The notes under the pieces were generated by a model, which had not been told where the DNA came from, did not search any database, and saw only the letters and a list, made by a program, of their open reading frames with translations. 28,099 bases of DNA from an archaeon (lineage in GTDB: Archaea > Iainarchaeota > Iainarchaeia > Iainarchaeales > GCA-2688035): positions 1-28,099 of the forward strand of contig JAUWWX010000001.1 of assembly GCA_030616665.1 (NCBI GenBank). Direction: 5' to 3'. The position numbers were made by a program, and so were the translations under genes. Positions 25,334 to 28,099 of the stretch are shown piece by piece. The stretch's first letter is position 1. The number at the start of each line of letters is the position of its first letter.

Positions 25334-26443
25334 TTACCTTTCCCTGCTTCCCTTAATGAACTCATCCACCATCTGCCTTGCGACCGGGTCGGGGTATTGT
25401 ATGGCTGGGTGCTTCATCGTGTATGCGCTTATGCTGTCCAGCTTTCCTTTAACACCGCGGTCCAAGCCAAGCTTCAAACACCTTATCCCGTCAATCGTGC
25501 AGCCAGCGCTGTCCGCTGAATCTTCAACGTTTAGCCTGACCTCTATTGCCACCGGCGCTTCGCCAAATTTCTCTCCCTCTATTCTGCAGAAGCAAATCTT
25601 CCTGTCCAGAAGCCAGGGAACATAATCGCTTGGTCCAATGTGGACCTTGTCATCTGGCAACGGCACCTGCAAATTGCTTTGCACAGCGCCTGTCTTTGAA
25701 ATCCTTTTGAATTTGAGCCTGTTGTGCCTTGCCATGTTCAAAAAGTCCGTGTTTCCGCCAACGTTCAGCTGGTACGTGCCAGTAATCTTTACTCCCCTGT
25801 CATCAAACAGCTTTGCAAGAACCCTATGCACAATGGTTGCACCAACCTGCGCTTTTATGTCGTCCCCGACACAAGGTAGCCCCTTTTCAACGAACTTCTT
25901 CTCCCATTCAGGGGCTGAGACAATAAAAGACGGAATACAGTTAAGAAAAGCAACTCCTGAATCCAAAGCAGCCTGTGCATAGTACTGCGTTGCTTTCTCA
26001 GAGCCAACAGGCATGTAGTTCATCAAAATCTCTGCGCCTGATTCCTTCAAAACCTTTGCTGCGTCAACAGGCTTCTGTGTTTCGTCAACCCTGAACGAAA
26101 CATCCTCCGGGTATTCTCCCATGTGGTCTGCAACGCCATCCAAAACAGGGCCCTTCTGTACTATTACGTCGCCCCACTTTGGGACCTTCTCAACAATCTC
26201 GTAAGTGTTGTTCGGCTTCTCATAAATTGCCTTGTTCAAGGGCTTTCCAACCTTTCTCTTGTCAACGTCGAATCCGGCCACAAAGTCAATGTCCGAAATC
26301 TTGTAGCCACCCAAAACGTTGTGCATCAGCCCTGGCACCAGCTTGTCGCCCTCTCCCACATCCTTATAAAACTCACATCCCTGAATCAGTGAACTAGCGC
26401 AATTGCCAATTCCCGCAATCGCAACCTTGATTTTTCCAGTCAT
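25334..26443 (-). CDS. ino1: Myo-inositol-1(3)-phosphate synthase
   Basis: IAGIGNCASSLIQG, GDDIKAQVGAT, YQLNVGGNTDFLNM, SKTGAV, HIGPSDY, VEDSADSAG..IDGIR. ATG 26443 has a GGAGGT SD. Confidence 0.95.
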   Translation of the reverse strand: MTGKIKVAIAGIGNCASSLIQGCEFYKDVGEGDKLVPGLMHNVLGGYKISDIDFVAGFDVDKRKVGKPLNKAIYEKPNNTYEIVEKVPKWGDVIVQKGPVLDGVADHMGEYPEDVSFRVDETQKPVDAAKVLKESGAEILMNYMPVGSEKATQYYAQAALDSGVAFLNCIPSFIVSAPEWEKKFVEKGLPCVGDDIKAQVGATIVHRVLAKLFDDRGVKITGTYQLNVGGNTDFLNMARHNRLKFKRISKTGAVQSNLQVPLPDDKVHIGPSDYVPWLLDRKICFCRIEGEKFGEAPVAIEVRLNVEDSADSAGCTIDGIRCLKLGLDRGVKGKLDSISAYTMKHPAIQYPDPVARQMVDEFIKGSRER

Positions 26444-26476
26444 ACTAAAATTACCTCCAACACATTTCACAAAAAT

Positions 26477-26536
26477 AAACTATTTTACGGTTGTAAAATA
26501 CCCGATATAATTAAACTATTTTACATATATAAAACT
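26477..26536. promoter_or_regulatory. Candidate PadR operator pair in the ino1/padR divergent promoter
   Basis: Perfect inverted repeat TATTTTAC-GGTT-GTAAAATA (26481-26500) and a second imperfect copy TATTTTAC-ATAT-ATAAAACT (26517-26536). The 12-bp direct repeat AAACTATTTTAC occurs at 26477 and 26513. Confidence 0.6.
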
Positions 26537-26557
26537 TTCGCCTCTTTTTATGTAGCA

Positions 26558-26875
26558 ATGCCTACTGCAAAAAGCCGTGAATTGGAGAGGCTTAGACGAA
26601 AGCTTGGCATCGAGTTGTTGTGGATTTACCTTTTGAGCATGCTCAAGAAGAAGCCCTCCCATGCCTATGTCCTGAGAAAGGAGATTGAAGAGAGGTTTGG
26701 CTTTCTCCCCGGAAATGTTTCCGTTTACGTTGTACTCTACAAGCTTGAAAAGCACGGTTTTGTCAAGGCAAAGCGGCAAGGCAACAGGTCAGTTTACACC
26801 ATCACTGCGGCAGGAAAAGCACTTTTGAAGCAGGCAAAAAAGGAATTGCAGAACACGATTGAAATGGTTGGCTAG
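26558..26875 (+). CDS. PadR-family winged-helix transcriptional regulator
   Basis: LLSMLKKKPSHAYVLRKEI...VYVVLYKLEKHGFV...RSVYTITAAGKALL. Confidence 0.88.
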   Translation: MPTAKSRELERLRRKLGIELLWIYLLSMLKKKPSHAYVLRKEIEERFGFLPGNVSVYVVLYKLEKHGFVKAKRQGNRSVYTITAAGKALLKQAKKELQNTIEMVG

Positions 26876-27564
26876 GGTTTCCTCCTTACCTGCCTTGGCT
26901 TGAATGGTTTTTTTCCGAGTTTCCGTGCAAGCGCGTTTGCTTTTTCCCTTCTTCTCAAAATATACTTTGTGGCATTTTCCCTGAGCTTCCTTCTTCCCTC
27001 AGCTGTCTTCAAAAGCTCTTTCAGTTCCCATGGCTTGAAGTCCGCACCAACCGACTTTCTTAGCAGAACGGCGCTTTGTCTGTTCCTGTAAGGGATTGGC
27101 TCTGGCAAGCCAACGTGCAAATTGAGTTCTGTTAGGTAGTCCACAACGCAGCTGTTTGTATATTCTCCAAAGCCTCTGGTTTTTACCATGTTGGGATTTA
27201 CCTTGAAGCGCCTTCCTGTGAAGTCTTCGAAGACCCTGCAGGCGAAACCTTTTTGGTCGTGAAAGGGAAACTTTGCCTTTTGCTTTCTGAAAAACCCAAA
27301 CCTTTCTCCAAGCCTTTTCCTTGCGTAATTGACAAGTTGTCTGCTTAATTTAGCTTGCCATTTTGTCTGCCTTAGCGTGGGCGAAATAAAAAGCAGCCTG
27401 TTTGGGTCCTTTGCTGCCTCGTCAACGTGCTGTTTCCAGATTTCAAGCAATTTCCCGGCTTGTTCTTTGTTGTAGGGAATTGGTGGACTTCCCTGCTCCA
27501 GCCTAGGGTCGTAAAAAGGGTGCGCAAGCAAGTCAATTCTCTTAATCAGCAGGGGCTTTGCCAT
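26872..27564 (-). CDS. Hypothetical basic orphan protein with HPFY and GEY...CV motifs
   Basis: 230-aa ORF with an upstream TATA-like TATTATTAAG. Contains LLAHPFY and FGEYTNSCV, plus an Arg/Lys-rich C-terminus. Confidence 0.65.
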   Translation of the reverse strand: MAKPLLIKRIDLLAHPFYDPRLEQGSPPIPYNKEQAGKLLEIWKQHVDEAAKDPNRLLFISPTLRQTKWQAKLSRQLVNYARKRLGERFGFFRKQKAKFPFHDQKGFACRVFEDFTGRRFKVNPNMVKTRGFGEYTNSCVVDYLTELNLHVGLPEPIPYRNRQSAVLLRKSVGADFKPWELKELLKTAEGRRKLRENATKYILRRREKANALARKLGKKPFKPRQVRRKP

Positions 27565-27609
27565 AACTTATTTATGTTATCTGCTGCTTAATAATATTGG
27601 GGTTTTCTT

Positions 27610-28099
27610 ATGAGAATAGCAATTGCTTCGGATTTCCACATTGGCTTTGCAAAAGGCTCTCCTAGGGAAAAGGAGGCCTTTGACCAGGCAAAGCAAGCCT
27701 TTGAGCTTGCCTTGAAAGAAAAGGCTGACTTGATTCTGCTTGCAGGAGACCTCTTCAACGAGGCAACGCCAAGCCAGGAAACCTGGCTGCAGATGTTCCG
27801 ACTGTTCAGCCTGCTGAGGAAAGAGAAGAGGGAACAACAAAGTGTCAGCTATGTTAAGGGAAGCGAAAGGAAGGAATTCTATTTTAACTCGATTCCAGTA
27901 ATCTCAATCGCCGGAACCCACGAGTTCAGAAGCAAAGACTTCAAGAATGCGTTGGAGGTCTTGCAGGAAGCTGGCTGCCTTGTTTACTTGCATGCAGCCA
28001 AGGCAGAGCTTGAATTGAACGGCGAAAAGCTTGTTGTTCAGGGAATGAGTGGTGTCCCAGAAAAAAAGGCTCTTGACGCTTTGAAGATGTGGAACCCAA
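27610..28099 (+). CDS. mre11: Mre11/SbcD-type metallophosphoesterase nuclease, 3'-truncated by the window edge
   Basis: My own translation, not in the ORF track: MRIAIASDFHIGF...ADLILLAGDLFNEATPS...PVISIAGTHE. Phosphoesterase motifs I-III are present and the frame is open to the end of the window. Confidence 0.85.
   Translation, partial: MRIAIASDFHIGFAKGSPREKEAFDQAKQAFELALKEKADLILLAGDLFNEATPSQETWLQMFRLFSLLRKEKREQQSVSYVKGSERKEFYFNSIPVISIAGTHEFRSKDFKNALEVLQEAGCLVYLHAAKAELELNGEKLVVQGMSGVPEKKALDALKMWNP

Noticed and set aside
27610-28099. Mre11 motif variants (GDLFN instead of GDLFD; GTHE instead of GNHD)
   Set aside because: The metal-binding Asp and His residues are retained and, as I recall, similar variants occur in DPANN Mre11. 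The gene is truncated by the window, so inactivity or novelty cannot be argued.
1-28099. CRISPR arrays, rRNA genes, inteins, long tandem repeats
   Set aside because: No regularly spaced repeats, rRNA-like segments or intein splice motifs were seen on manual reading.

Overview
Archaeal chromosomal window, probably DPANN (Iainarchaeota/Diapherotrites-like). The lineage is an inference from gene content, Methanococcus-type S-layer end motifs, short intergenic spacers and TATA/BRE promoters. Core genes: 3' end of a GINS subunit, rps27e, aIF2-alpha, PAC2, EndoQ, an AmmeMemoRadiSam-type radical SAM enzyme, a 981-aa S-layer protein followed by a processive GT2 cluster, truD, aRF1, pyrH, dph2, ppsA, rpl10e (uL16), an intron-containing tRNA-Cys(GCA), a degenerate thiI, a PfkB kinase, an inositol-lipid cluster (CDP-alcohol phosphotransferase, ino1, divergent PadR) and the 5' part of mre11. 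Several AT-richer, very basic orphan ORFs are interspersed. The main observations are: (1) a bacterial sigma-70-like protein with both sigma2 and sigma4 regions (2052-2690) embedded among archaeal genes; (2) a 129-nt multi-hairpin intron with a k-turn-like motif in tRNA-Cys; (3) an A8 frameshift in a wHTH-fusion gene directly upstream of the S-layer gene; (4) a likely inositol salvage/lipid regulon with a visible operator; (5) a ThiI with a destroyed PP-loop; (6) long charged low-complexity insertions in several neighbouring housekeeping proteins. No CRISPR array, transposase or integrase was seen. All family assignments come from motif recognition by eye, with no database search.
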